A stretch of 64,000 bases of DNA. Source: Chiloscyllium plagiosum. Taxonomy: Eukaryota. The notes below the pieces were generated by a model that was given only the letters and a program-made list of their open reading frames with translations, made no database searches and was not told the origin of the DNA. Positions 1 through 12,600 of the stretch are shown in pieces. Numbering within the stretch: the first letter of the stretch is position 1; the number at the start of each line of letters is the position of its first letter. The position numbers and the translations under genes were made by a program. Location of the stretch: NCBI RefSeq assembly GCF_004010195.1, contig NC_057720.1, positions 31,662,831 to 31,726,830 of the forward strand, in the 5' to 3' direction.

Positions 1-1324
1 TCTGGATGTGCTGACTTTGGAAGTTTTGCAAATAGTGAATCAGCCCAAGCTGCAGAGAAGCTGAAATTGGATCTGCCTGCTTCTGTGAGGAAAGAAGAGA
101 TAATTACAGCACTAGCTCAGCATTTAACCTTGCTGGAGAAACCATCAGAATCTGTAGAGATGGCAAGAATTCAATTGTAAATGAAGCAGCTTGAGTTGGA
201 GGTGAGAGATAAGGAAAGAGCAGCAGAAACGAAACAGTTTGAGTTACGATTAAAAGCAGATGAGAGGGAAAAAGAGAGCGGCAGAACAGAAAGAAAAAGA
301 GAGCAACAGAAGAGAGGTAAAAAGAGAGAGCAGAAAAAAAAAGACAGAGCTTTTGAACTTCAAAAACTGACACTTAAAAAGGAAAGTCAGCTTAAAAGGC
401 TGGAGATAAAGGCTGAGGGTAGGCTTAGTGAGGAAGAGAGTGAGAATGAGCAAGCCCCTGGTAGTCAGAAGCCCAGTGAGAAACTGTTTCAGTATGTTCA
501 AGCATTGCATAAATTTGATGAGAAGGATGTGGAAGCCTTTTTCATCTCATTTGAAAAGGTGGCTAAACAAATGCAGTGGCCAGTGGCAATGTGGGTTTTG
601 TTGATCCAAAGGAAACTTGTAGGTAGGGCAAGTGAGGTATTCGCATCTCTATCAGAGGAGGTATCTGGGGAATATGAGGAGGTGAAAAAAGCCACTTTCA
701 GTGCATATGAGCTTGTACCAGAAACCTATAGACAATGTTTCAGGAATCTAAGGAGGGACTCTGGTCAAACCTATATTGAGTTTGAAAGGATCAAACAGAG
801 CAATTTCGATAGATGAATAAGAGCTTTCAAGATCGAGCAAACCTATGATCCCCTAGATGGGTAATTATTTTGGAGGAATTCAAAAATTCACTGCCTGAAG
901 TAGTGCGAGCTCGTGTAGAAGAGCAGAGAGTTAAAACAGCAAGGTTAGCAGCTGAAGAGGCTGATGATTATGAGCTGGTCCATAAAACATGGTTTGGCTT
1001 CCAGAATCAATTTCAGTCCATGAGGGATAGAAATTGGGCGAAGAGAAATCCTCACATAGAAAGGGAAAGGTAGATCTCAGTGAAGATCATAAAGATAATT
1101 TACCACAGGGTAACAAAGAAACCCTTGAGGGGACAAATAAATTAAAAGGTTCTGGTGTTTTCATTGTAATAAAGTCGGCCACACAAAATCACAGTGTTGG
1201 TGGGCTAGGAGAAAGCCAGATATAGGAAAACAGGACAAGTCTGGGAGTTTTGTTGGACTAGTAACAAAAAGCAGAAGGGGAGTTAGACAACTGCCTCAGA
1301 GTGTACAAGGTGATCAGAGGTTGA
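1..1324 (+). mobile_element. Gypsy (Gmr1-like) LTR retrotransposon gag fragment, decayed
   Basis: Coiled-coil region, then a SCAN-like capsid segment (FDEKDVEAFFISFEKVA...AYELVPETYRQCFRN), then a CCHC knuckle CFHCNKVGHTKSQC near 1157-1198. Stops and frameshifts present. Confidence 0.85.
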
Positions 1325-1678
1325 TTAAGGAATAAACGCCAACACACCATATGACATCTTAACAACCCTATCAACCTGGGTGGCAACTTTCAGGGATTTA
1401 TGCACTTGGACACTGAGATCTCTCTGTTCATCTATACTGCCAATAATTTTACCAGCAGCCCAGTACTCTGAATTCCTGATATTTCTTCCGAAGTGAACTA
1501 CCTCACACTTTTCCGCATTAAACTCCATTTACCACTTCTCAGCCCAGCTCTGCATCTTACCTATGTTCCTCTGTAACCCACAACATCCTTTGGCACTATC
1601 CACAACTCTGCCTACCTTAGTGTCATCTGCAAATTTACTAACCCATCCTTCTACGCCTACATCCAGGTCATTTATAAT
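1325..1678 (-). mobile_element. CR1 LINE RT fragment inserted in the Gypsy element
   Basis: KFADDTK and MEFNAEKCEVVHFGR motifs on the minus strand. Confidence 0.88.
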
Positions 1679-1679
1679 A

Positions 1680-2140
1680 AGCAGAATTCAGAGACCATCC
1701 ATTTGGACTATGTGGCAAATTTTAGAGAATGATTAAATAGAGCTGGAGAGTTGGCTAGACAGCATTTAAAAGTATCACTGCATACAGTGAAACAAGAAGC
1801 GAAAAAGAAATCAAAAATTCACAATTTTGCAATTAGGGATAAGGTATTGTTGTTATTTGCAGTAACAGGTGAACCTTTAAAAGCCAGGTTTAGTGGACCT
1901 TATCAAATTGAGAGGAAATTGAGTGAGGTGAGTTCCGTATGGGTTCTTTATTCTGTTCTTTGTATTTCATTGTGTAATTTTGTGAATAAATTTCTGTCTG
2001 TTTTAAAATCTAGTAGTCAATCAAGCTAGCTTACTCCAGGTAATTCTCACTGTACACTTACCAAAGCAAATTCCAAAGTTATGATCTGGGCTGCCTGCTT
2101 AAGTATGTTTTGAGTGGTCTGGCCTAATCCATAGGACCTG
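1680..2140 (+). mobile_element. Gypsy integrase C-terminal (GPY) fragment plus partial 3' LTR
   Basis: LARQHLK...DKVLLL...LKARFSGPYQIERKLS, followed by an LTR-like segment with AATAAA near 1985. Confidence 0.72.
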
Positions 2141-2654
2141 TGAAGTGGCTGAGATGTTCCACCACATTGAAAGGACAGTATAAAATTTGCTGTTGAATGA
2201 CGCTGCTGAGTTGTTAAGTGTTGACACAGCACTGACTTCAAATGTAGAGTTAAAAGGTCTGACTGAGTTTATTGTGCCAGACAAATGGAACTCTTACTGT
2301 TTCAGGCAAAGTTAAGAAATTAAATATCGTACAGGTCCAAGATTGTGCCTGAATAGATTAATTATGATTGTGCGAAAACAATCAAATTACATTAAAAAAT
2401 CAACACTTGGTCACTTGGTTAGGTGTATTTTATTACTTTGTTCCAATTGGGTTGGTTCTGTAATACCTGACAATTCTCTGCTGAATTTGCTCATATGCTC
2501 ATTCAGTGATGTCACTGTATCTGGTCTTGCAAGATTTGGACCTGGCAATTTACATCTGATGTGAGACCTACCTTGGTGTTCAGAAAAGGTTCACAAGTCC
2601 ATTGTGGCTTGTGTTGGTGGGTTGAGAGCTCCACACTACCTCAACCAGAAAATT

Positions 2655-2965
2655 CCAGGTATGGTTTGGTGGTAGCTCTCTCACTTCCCAGTCAGAGTTT
2701 CAGGTCATACCCCAGAAACCTGAGTACAAAATAACGCTTGCAATTTCAGTACCGTTGAAAAACTGTCTTTCAGATAAGATGCTAAGCTAACCTCCTGTCT
2801 ACTTAGAAATGGTGCTGTTTCTAAGAAGAAGGGAGGACTTCTCCCCAGCGTTGTGGTCAATATTGATTTTGTACGTCAGCACCTTAAAAAAGATCATTAT
2901 TTTCATTGTACTGCTCGTGGAACTTTTCTGCATGTAAATTTACTGTTGTGTTTCCTTCATTACAA
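2655..2965 (+). mobile_element. Old Deu-domain SINE (SacSINE/AmnSINE-like), degraded
   Basis: Deu-like core ...gtttctaagaagaagggaggacttctccccagcgttgtggtcaatatt... recognised by eye. Confidence 0.5.
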
Positions 2966-3870
2966 TAATAGCATTAAACTTGCATTTATACAGCATCTTC
3001 AATGGAATAAAACACCCCAACACACATACCAAGTGTTATTAAACAAAATTTGATACCAATCCATGTAAGAAATCATACAAACACAACTTGGCCAAAGACA
3101 CTTATTTTAAGAAGCACATTACAGAAGGAAAGAAATGTAAAGTGATGAAGAGATTTAGTGAGAAAACTCCAGAATTTGGAACTGTGGAGGCTAACTTCTT
3201 GGTTGCCAATGGAGAAGTGATTAAAATTGGGAATGCTGAAGAGGCAGGAGTTGTAGAATATAGAGATCTCTGGGTTTTACTGAGGGGGAGAATACAGAGA
3301 TTGGGAGGGGTAGTGTCATGAGGGGTATTTGGAAACAAGGATGAGAAGCTTATAATCGAGAAGTTGCTTAATTGCAAGCCAATGTGAGTCGGTAAATATA
3401 GAGGAAATGGGTCAATGGGACTTGTTGGGAGTTAAGCCAAAGGCAGCTGCATTGTAAATGATCTTAGGTTTATGGAGGGTAGAAGATGGCCAGCACTGCA
3501 TTGGAATAGTTGAATTCAGAGGTAAAAAGAAAGTTCAGCAGCTGATAAGATGGGATAGGGAGGGAGTCAGGCACTGTTATAGATGTGGAACTGGACAAAA
3601 TTATTGATAGATGTTGAAATCTGGTGGGAAGCTCATTTTGTGATGAAGTATAACACCAATTGTGTGATCAACCTGGTTCAACCTCAGGCAATTGACAAGA
3701 TAAATAGAATCGGTGGAAGGGTAATGAACTTCATTCAGTGGCATGCAAAGTTGGGGGATCTTTCTGCTTATCCAATACAAACAGACAGACAACTTAAAGA
3801 CAATTGATTGGTTGAGAGAGGTGATGGTATGGTACAGCTGGCTATCATGAGTGTCCATGTGAAAACTAAT

Positions 3871-4092
3871 AGGTAAAAACAATGACTGCAGATGCTGGAA
3901 ACCCTCCCCCACTCACCTATTGTACTCTATGCCACTTTCTCCCCACCCCCACCCTCCTCTCATTTATCTCTCTACTCTTCAGGCTCTCTGCCTGTATTCC
4001 TGATGAAGGGCTTTTGCCCGAAACGTCGATTTTACTGCTCCTCGGATGTTGCCTGAACTGCTGTGCTTTTCCAGCACCACTCTAATCTAGCC
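3871..4092 (+). mobile_element. Short Penelope-derived insertion with 16-bp TSD
   Basis: CCATGTGAAAACTAAT is duplicated at 3855-3870 and 4093-4108. Contains a hammerhead motif. Confidence 0.8.
3996..4031 (+). ncRNA. Minimal type I hammerhead ribozyme motif
   Basis: attc-CUGAUGA-A-GGGC(UUUU)GCCC-GAAAC-GUC-gatt: intact core boxes and stem II, short stem I. Confidence 0.75.
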
Positions 4093-4849
4093 CCATGTGA
4101 AAACTAATGTTGTGCCTTTGGTTGATGTTGCAAACAGACTGCAAATAAATAGGAGGGGACAAATGATTGTTCCCTGGGGAACTACCAGAAGTAATGGTGT
4201 AGGAATGAGAAAAGAAGTCATTGCTGGTGATTCACCGGCTGTGACTGCACTGATAAGAGTAGAACAAGTCGAGTGGTGTTTTATCCAACTAGATCACAGG
4301 GGAAAGTGTTGGAGCAAATTTTCAATAGTCAACCCTGTCAAAGCCTGCAGATACATTGAGAAGCCATAAGGATGGACCCCTAGGTCCCTTTGTACATCGA
4401 TATTTCCTATTCCATCACCATTTAAATAGCACTCTGCCAATCTGCTTTTCCTACTAAAGTGGATAACTTTATACTTATCCACACTACACTGCATCTGCCA
4501 TGTACTTGCATCTCCCGTGTGTCAGTAATGGGACACTCAGTTTAGAGCAGACTACTTTAGACCACCTTGAAGATAGATTTTGAATCATGGCTGCTGTAGG
4601 ATCACAACGTGGCAGCCTCACCCCACCTCCAGCCTGCTTTCTCCCACTAGTTTCATTATTTTCAATTGAACTGAGGGCCAGTCTGAAGCACCAGTTTCAT
4701 TTAAAAAAAATGAAATCACTGCAGAAAACATAGGGTCTGTATTCTGAATAAATGTTATACTGTGAATGCTGCCCCAATATAATGTGTCTATAGGTAGGGA
4801 AAATAAAGCAATAAAACTTAGAAAGCTTCCATTAAGGATTTTATTTTTT

Positions 4850-5250
4850 TCATAGTATCATAGAAGACAGGAGCAGGAGTAGGCCATCCCACCCGTCAAG
4901 CCTGCTCCGCCATTCAGTATGATCGTGGTTGCCTATTGAGCTCAATACCCCAAAGCACCCACACTCACATCCCTTTAGCTACAAGGGCTATATCTACCTC
5001 CTCCTGGAAATCATGTAATATTTTGGCCTTAACCACTTTTAGATTTCTGCAAATTCCCAACCCTCTGGGTGAAGACATTTCTCCTCATCTCAGTTCTAAA
5101 AGGTTTATCCCTTTTTCTTAAATTATAAATACAATAGAGCAGAAAAACCTTTATTGTCATGTGCACTCAAATGAGTTGGTTCTGGACTTCCCCACAAGGG
5201 GAACATTCCTGACAGCACCTAACCTGTCTCGTCCTGTTAGAATTTTCAAG
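4850..5250 (-). mobile_element. CR1 LINE 3' end fragment
   Basis: catagaagacaggagcaggagtaggcc... CR1-type 3' terminus read in reverse. Confidence 0.65.
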
Positions 5251-6974
5251 GTTATTCTGCAGTGAATACTCTGCAATGAATGCTTGTGCTAGACTTGTCC
5301 AGTAAAATGGAATAAGTTAACCAATCCTATATTTCCAGCAGAAAAAAAAAATGGGATTACAACACTGCAGTGCCAATTCTCCTACCCACCCTCCCTTGGA
5401 GCAGATCTGCTTGCTGGGAGACAGGATCAAGGAATATATTATTTTATAAGTGGAATCAGGATTTAGTTTCTTGATCCAACAATTGTCCTTAATCTTCTGT
5501 TCTTCTCTATGGGGCAGTGAGGTCAGCTGGTGTGGCATGTCTCATACCATTCTCTCACGTCTCCTAAAGTAATATTACAGCTTGGTTTAATCATGTTGGC
5601 TGTGTCTTTTCCACCCAGAAAGAATATTGAGACCTGTGAAAGGATAAGAATTTGATTTCAGAGTCTAGGTTACAAGGGGAGGCATCCGAGTGTATTACAC
5701 AGCAAGCACTGCACAGAAACAGCCTGCTTGGTCTATACTTGGTTCATAGTGCTATCAATGCCCCACACAAACCTTTTCCCACCTCTTAGACAATAAGCTT
5801 GATTTACAACAGTAAAATAAAGGTTAAAGTTTGCTGGGCATCTAAGATGTGTGCCTATTTATTTAGTAAGGTAAAAGTTTGAATGCTAATTACCTAATCG
5901 CATTGACTACTAGATGTATTTTACTCATAAAACACACAAACCTTAACAACGTTCCACTTCAAATTTTAAGTCAGTGAATAATTTTCCCAAGTAAATAGGA
6001 TTCAGCAACAAACAAGTTAATAAATCAAAAGACTCTGCTGTCTGAACAGAAGCAGGTGTGTAGAGAGATGTTTTTATTGTATTTAACCCCTAGAGTATTT
6101 GCAATGATTGCAAAGGGGTGTTTGAATGTAGACAGCCTTGTAGTCAAGAGAAGTCTTTTTTTTAAACATGCATTATTCCTTACAAAAAGAGCTGGGGTGG
6201 AATTAGAAAAGGCAGTTTGTTTGTATAGTGTCTGGTTTGCTTGCCATACCCTTCCTGCTGCATTCTAAAAATATCCCAATGGAGAAAGCACATACACACC
6301 CAAACTGGCAGAGAGATTCGAATCATTGAGTGCAGCTTTATAAATAAGATTTGAATGGTTGGCCTGCCAAATTGAGTAAACAGGACTACCAGCACCAAAT
6401 CATGGGTCACAGCTGCAAAGTGCCTTGGGACAACTGACCTTTCCTGTGTGTCAGGACAGTTACTCTCTGGGAACATGCTTTAAGGTCAGGCACAGTATCA
6501 GAAGTAATTGCGCCAGAAGCACATAGAGTAATTTATGGACATGATTCAAGTGACACAGATCAATTAATGGGGAAAACGTTTTCCAAATTCCTTTAACAAA
6601 TTATTAAGTGTTGTTTCAAGGCAATATTATTTCCGAATATATATTTTCAAATATTGTTATGTACAGAGAGACAGAGGCAAACCAACAAAAATACATAGAA
6701 GGAAGATGAGCAACTACCTAGTAGAGTCTCTCCAAAGCATCAACAGCTCAAGTTCTCTATCCAGCTGTTAGCATCTGTAGAATGTGAACTGTCTGTGGAT
6801 ATGAGTTGTCTGTAACAGGAGCAACAACTTAATTCATATAGTAACTTTAATGCAGTATTAGGTACTACAACGATAGATCTTTAGCCGTGTTCAGATATAC
6901 TGTAATTTGACAGCATGCCCAACTTTGTCAGGTGAATAAGTGCTTCATCTAAGAGATAAGACTCATAGCAAAAG

Positions 6975-7004
6975 GAGAGAGAGAGAGAGAGAGAGAGGGA
7001 GAGA
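6975..7004. repeat. (GA)n microsatellite
   Basis: Read directly from the sequence. Confidence 0.9.
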
Positions 7005-7874
7005 TGCAGACATGAAGGAAAGAAAATTGCAGAACTTAGGTCCAAGAGAGCTGATGCGTCAGGTAGGCTAAATAAAGGCAGGCTTTGACAAGAGATCAGA
7101 GATTAAGAAATGCAGAGTTCTCAGAGGATTGCAGAATTGGAGAAGGTTGCAATGTTAAGTGGCTTCAACTGATTTGTATTATATCATCAGTTGTACTCAG
7201 ATGTCATAATGGATAGGAAGCAATGTTAAATGAAGGTAGTAAGGGGTGCTCTTCTATGGCTCTTGTTAAGGTACATTGTTGGGATGCAATTAGAGGAGCT
7301 TTACATTACTCCTCATCAACAGCATACCTGACATGGGAGGGCTAACATTGTGTAAAACATGAAAAACTATTTCATACTATAGGCTTAGCATTCCTCATAA
7401 CTACAAGAATAATAAATCAGGTGCGATCCTGCTAAATTGCCCCTGTAGCCCCATACAAAAGTTACCCTATAATGTACAATGAACTGAAATCTATTCCAGT
7501 CCAAATCAGAAGCAACATTCTCTTAGAGTTTTTTCTCTGGAGCATTCTTATATTCCATTTCAAGACAAAATCTGCTTTGATGTATTGTTACACTCTCAAA
7601 CTATGTTTACTTGAGTCTGCAATCTCTCATGTTACTTTTGATCACAAATCTTATCATTTCCAAACAGATCTTTCACTGAGAAGTTCATTTTTTGGCAATG
7701 CTTTTGGCCTGTGAGAGGAAGGTTTTTTTCTTGAACCTCATAGAAATCTATCAATGGATGACCTTTTCTAAAGCCTTTTAAAAAGAACAGCTACCTGAGC
7801 CTCTAGGATTCGTTGATTTTATACAGTGGCCATGAAAGTGTATGACTTGGGATAAGAGACTGGGAGGGGCATAT

Positions 7875-8575
7875 TGTTATGAAGATGTGGGTATACTCTA
7901 CCTTTAAGAGAGTTAGAAGCTAGCAAATCTATCTGACACAGCACCAAGTGTTCTCAATAAGGTAACAATGTAACACTTGGTTGAACAACTTAAGTAGCTA
8001 GGTTACGTGGAGACAAAAACAGATTTGAATTAGGCCAATCAGTTTAAATTATACCCTGAAAAATACCAAATTCCTATTAAGTTTGAATTTAGTATATTGA
8101 CACTCTAAAAAGCCAATGACACAATCCGATGCTTTGGGAGTATAAGACCAGGGAAAATTGAACAGTTGCCAAGCCACCAGCATATTAAGACTGCCCAAAA
8201 AATAGCTCTCTTAAAGATATCTTTATCAATCAGTAACCTGTGAAGCAGAATCCCTAAGATGAAGAAAAGAAGACAGCAATACAGAGAAGAACTGAAAGGT
8301 GCCTGGTTTTGAGATAAGAAGTTTTGTTTTGTAAATCTTAATCTGGACCGCTATCGAATCAGTATTGTATAGGGGAAAGTAAAAGATAGGTTAGAGGAAG
8401 GAGTTGTAAATAGTTGTTACTTAATTATTGTCTTTTATTCTTTAAGAAATAAAGTTGCTCAGTTTTACTTTTAATAGTTCTTAGCCTCTCGAATTTTCAC
8501 AGATTACTGCACAGGATAAATTATTTCTGTGTTTCTGTTTAAATTAAACAGGAGGGTTTACCCTGTGTCGTAACA
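7875..8575 (+). mobile_element. Solo LTR (Gypsy-type), 701 bp
   Basis: Termini TGTTATGA...TCGTAACA (inverted); 4-bp TSD ATAT at 7871-7874 and 8576-8579; TATAA near 8141; AATAAA 8448-8453. Confidence 0.88.
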
Positions 8576-9662
8576 ATATCCTGGCATGGGGTCATGAGGG
8601 ACTGTACCATAGCATGAGGGCATGTTACTGGGATAAATTTCCACGACACCAAAGTAAGCATTTTGAATTTTATTCTAATCCCTCTCACTTCTAAACTCCA
8701 GTGAGTAGAATCCTAACCAACTCAACCTCTTCTCATATGTCAGTCCTGCTAACCCAGGAAACAATTTAGTAAACCATCACTGCACTCCCTTTACAGCAAG
8801 AACATCCTTCCTCAGATAAGGAGACCAAAACTGAGCACAACATTGCAGGTGTGATTGCACCTTTGCCTCTGTGGCTACATCCATAATATTTCCAATGTTG
8901 GATTGCTCAACTGCAACTGACACTTGCCACCTTCCCCGTGACACCCCCTCCCCCCCACCACCACCAATGCCTTCCTTCCCACTGTTCCGGCCTCAGCACT
9001 GAAGATCACTTCCATACAGACACTTTCTCCCAAGGCAGGTGAGCTGAGCTGGAAATCTCCTGACTTGCCTTACCTTCCTCAAGGCTGCAAATCTGGCCTA
9101 TTAACTCTGTTTCTGTACATAGATGCTACCTGACCTGCTGAGTATTATCAGCATTTTATTTGTTCTTGAATGGAAGCACTGTAAAGGTTCTTGGGACATT
9201 TTAAAATATTAAAAGTGATATAAAAGTGAGCTGTTATTGTAATTATGCATTGAAGTGACGTGCATCTAGGTAAAGCATTTGTAAGCGTGAAGCAGCCATA
9301 CAGAACTGCAGACACGTTAAACAGCAGAAGCTGCCAGTGATAAGTTATTCTACAGCTATTGGATCAGATCAAAACTCTGCTGAGGGACGCACTAAAGCTT
9401 GGGGCAGCTGCCACTGAGACGTGGTGGAGAAAGATCATGCTCTAAGTCTTCCTGCTGAAGTGAAATTGGGTTCTGTTATTGGACCTTCCTTCTGTCTCAA
9501 GTGCATGTAAATCTAGTCTTGTTCAAGTAAGAAATGCCTTTGGTTTATTTGGATAGAATCAAACTTGAATGTTTGTTTGTTACCTTGAAATTCTACAGTA
9601 CAGAACCAAACTGTGTTCTGTACTGTAAAGATTTTTAAAAAAATCAATAAAGGCCTTTTTTC

Positions 9663-12600
9663 TGTCCGGCAGCAGTGGGAGACAGAGCGAAGGTGACGTG
9701 GAGACCAGGAGGGTGCCGGGAAGGTAAGGACTTCGTGTAAATTTGGGAAGCGGCTAATCCTGAGATACGTCACGTGTAGTATCTCCCTCCTGACCCCACG
9801 TCCCCCTTCCCTAACCAGAAGAAAAAGACTCTGTAAGGTAAGGCCTTTTTTTTTCTCTTTCTTTTCTTCCATATATTTAAGTGCATTGTTGGTATTAGTT
9901 AGTTGAGTTAAAACTAAGGCTTACAATGGCAGGTGTCCTCAGACCTGTGGCATGTGCCTCTTGCTTGATGTGGGCGCTCAGGGACGTGGCTGACGTCCCT
10001 GACTCTTACACTTGCAAGACATGTACCCAGCTGCAGCTCTTGCTTGACCACATAGAGTCATAGAGATGTACAGCATAGAAACAGACACTTCGGTCCAACC
10101 CACCCATGCCGACCAGATATCCCAACACAATCTAGTCCCACTTGCCAGCACCCAGCCCATATCCCTCCAAACCCTTCCTATTCATATACCCATCCAAATG
10201 CCTCTTAAATGTTGCAATTATGCCAGCCTCCACCACTTCCTCTGGCAGCTCATTCCTGTGGTTGGACTCATTGTGGATCATCCGCGATGCTGAGGAGGTC
10301 GTGGATTGCATGTTTAGTAAACTGGTTACACCGCAGGTTAGAATTGCTGAGGGAGACAGTGAATGGGTGACCAAAAGGCAGAAAAAGAGTAGGAAGGCAG
10401 TGCAGGTGTCCCCTGTGGTCATCTCCCTCCAAAACAGGTATATGGTTTTGGATAATGTTGGGGGAGATGGCTCACCAGGGTAAGGCAGAAGTTGCCAAGA
10501 TCATGGCACCATGGCGGGCACTGCTGTTCAGAAGGGCGGGAAAAAGACTCATAGGGCGATAGTTATTGGGGATTCTATTGTAAGGGGAGTAGATAGGCGG
10601 TTCTGTGGCCAAAATCGAGACTGCCAGATTGTATGTTGCCTCCCAGGTGCTCGAGTCAGGGATGTCACCAATCAGCTGCAGAGCATTCTGAAAGGGGAGG
10701 GTGAACAGCCAGTAGTCTTGGTGCATATAGGCACCAACGATATAAGTAAAAAACGAGATGAGGTCCTGAAAGCAGAATTCAGGGAGCTAGGAGAGAAGTT
10801 AAAAAGGAGGACCTCAAAGGCAGTGATTTCGGGATTTCTACCAGTGCCACGTGCTAGCCAGTGTAGAAATGAAAGAATAGGCAGGATGAACACTTGGCTT
10901 GAGGGATGATGTAGGAGGGAGGGGTTCAGATTTGTTGGACATTGGGATCAGTTCTGGGGAAGATGGGACTATTACAAATTGGATGGTCTACACCTGAACC
11001 AGACAGGAAATAATGTCCTTGGGGGAGTTTTGCTACTGCTGTTGAGAGATTTTAAACTAATGTGGCAGGGGGCTGGGAGCCAGAAGAGAAGACTAGTAGA
11101 CAGTGAGATGGAACCGGGGTCTGTAAGAATCATGAAGTTAGCATTAATAAGGGGAAGAGTAGGCAGCGAGCAGATGAGCGCAAAAGAACTGGTGGCCTGA
11201 AGTGCATATACTTTAATGCAAGGAGTACAGTGGGTAAGGCAGATGAACTTAGAGCTTGGATTCATACCTGGGAGTATGACGTTATTGCAATCACAGAGAC
11301 TTGGTTGAAGGAAGGGTATGATGGGAGATTTTAGTTTTCTCAACATTGACTGGAATACACTTAGTGCCAGAGGTCTGGATGGGGCAGAATTTGTAAGAAG
11401 TGTCCAGGAGAGTTTCCTAGAGCAGTATATCAATAGTCCAATGAGGGAAGGGGCCATATTGGACCTGGTGTTGTGGAATGAGCCAGGCTAGGTGGTATAA
11501 GTTACAGTGGGAGATTTCTTTGGGAATAGTAACCACAATTTTGTAAGTTTTAGAATACTCGTAGACAAAGATGAGAGTGGTCCTAAGGGAAGAGTACTAA
11601 ACTGGGCCAAGGCTAATTATTTCAAAATTAGGCAGGAGCTGGGAAATGTGGCTTGGACACAGCTATTTGAAGGGAAGTCCACATTTGATATGTGGGAGGC
11701 TTTCAAAGATAGGTTAAAGATAGTGCAGGACAGGCATGTCCCGTTGAAAGCAAAGGATAGGAAGGGCAAGATTCGTGAACTGTGGAGAAATCGTACGACT
11801 AGCCTAGAGGAAAAGGGAAGCGTACATAAGGACCAGGCAGCTAAGAACAGAATGGGCCCTGGAGGAATATTGGGAGAGTAGGACCAGACTTAAACAAGGA
11901 ATCAAGCGGGCAAAAAGGAGTCATGAAATAGCTTTAGCGAGCAGAATTAAGGAGAATCCCAAAGCCTTTTATTCTTATATAAGAAGTAAGTGGATAACTA
12001 GAGAAAGGATTAGTCCACTTAAGAATAAGAAAGGAAGGCTGTGTGTCGAACCTGAGAAAATTGGTGAGATACTGAATGATAACTTTGCATCAGTATTCAC
12101 TGAAGAGAGGGACATGATGAATGCTGAGATTAGAGACAGAAGTTTGATTACTCCAGATCACGTTGACATAAGTAGGGAAGATCTGTTGGGTGGGCTAAGG
12201 GTTATTACGGTGGACAAATCTCCAGGACCGAATGGGATCTATCCCAGGTTGCTGAGTGAGGCAAGAGAAGAAATAGCTGGGGTCCTACCAGATATCTTTG
12301 TAGCATCCTTAAACACAGGTGAGGTGCCAGAGTACTGGAGGGTTGCTCATATTGTCCCCCTGTACAAGAAGGGTAGTATGGATATTCTAGGTAACTAGAG
12401 ACCAGTGAGCCTGATGTCAGTGATGGGAAAGTTGCTGGAGAAGGTACTGGGGCATAAAATCTATTTATATTTGGAAAAGAATGCGCTTATCAGTGATAGG
12501 TAACAAGGATTTGTGCGGGGGAGATTGTGCCTTACCAGCTTAATAGAGTTCTTCGAGGAAGTGACCAAGTTGATCGATGAAGGAAGGGCTGTAGATGTCA

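Larger units (their letters stand above)
2975..4355 (-). mobile_element. Degraded L2-like LINE 3' portion
   Basis: Typical L2 3' end (acttgcatttatacagc...) and decayed RT-like sequence; interrupted by the insertion at 3871-4092. Confidence 0.5.

Noticed and set aside
181..816. Domesticated SCAN/gag host gene
   Set aside because: In-frame stops upstream (178-180) and downstream, frameshifts, and retrotransposon context.
5300..6800. Unique-looking stretch possibly holding exons
   Set aside because: No convincing ORF with splice sites or recognisable motif found by eye.
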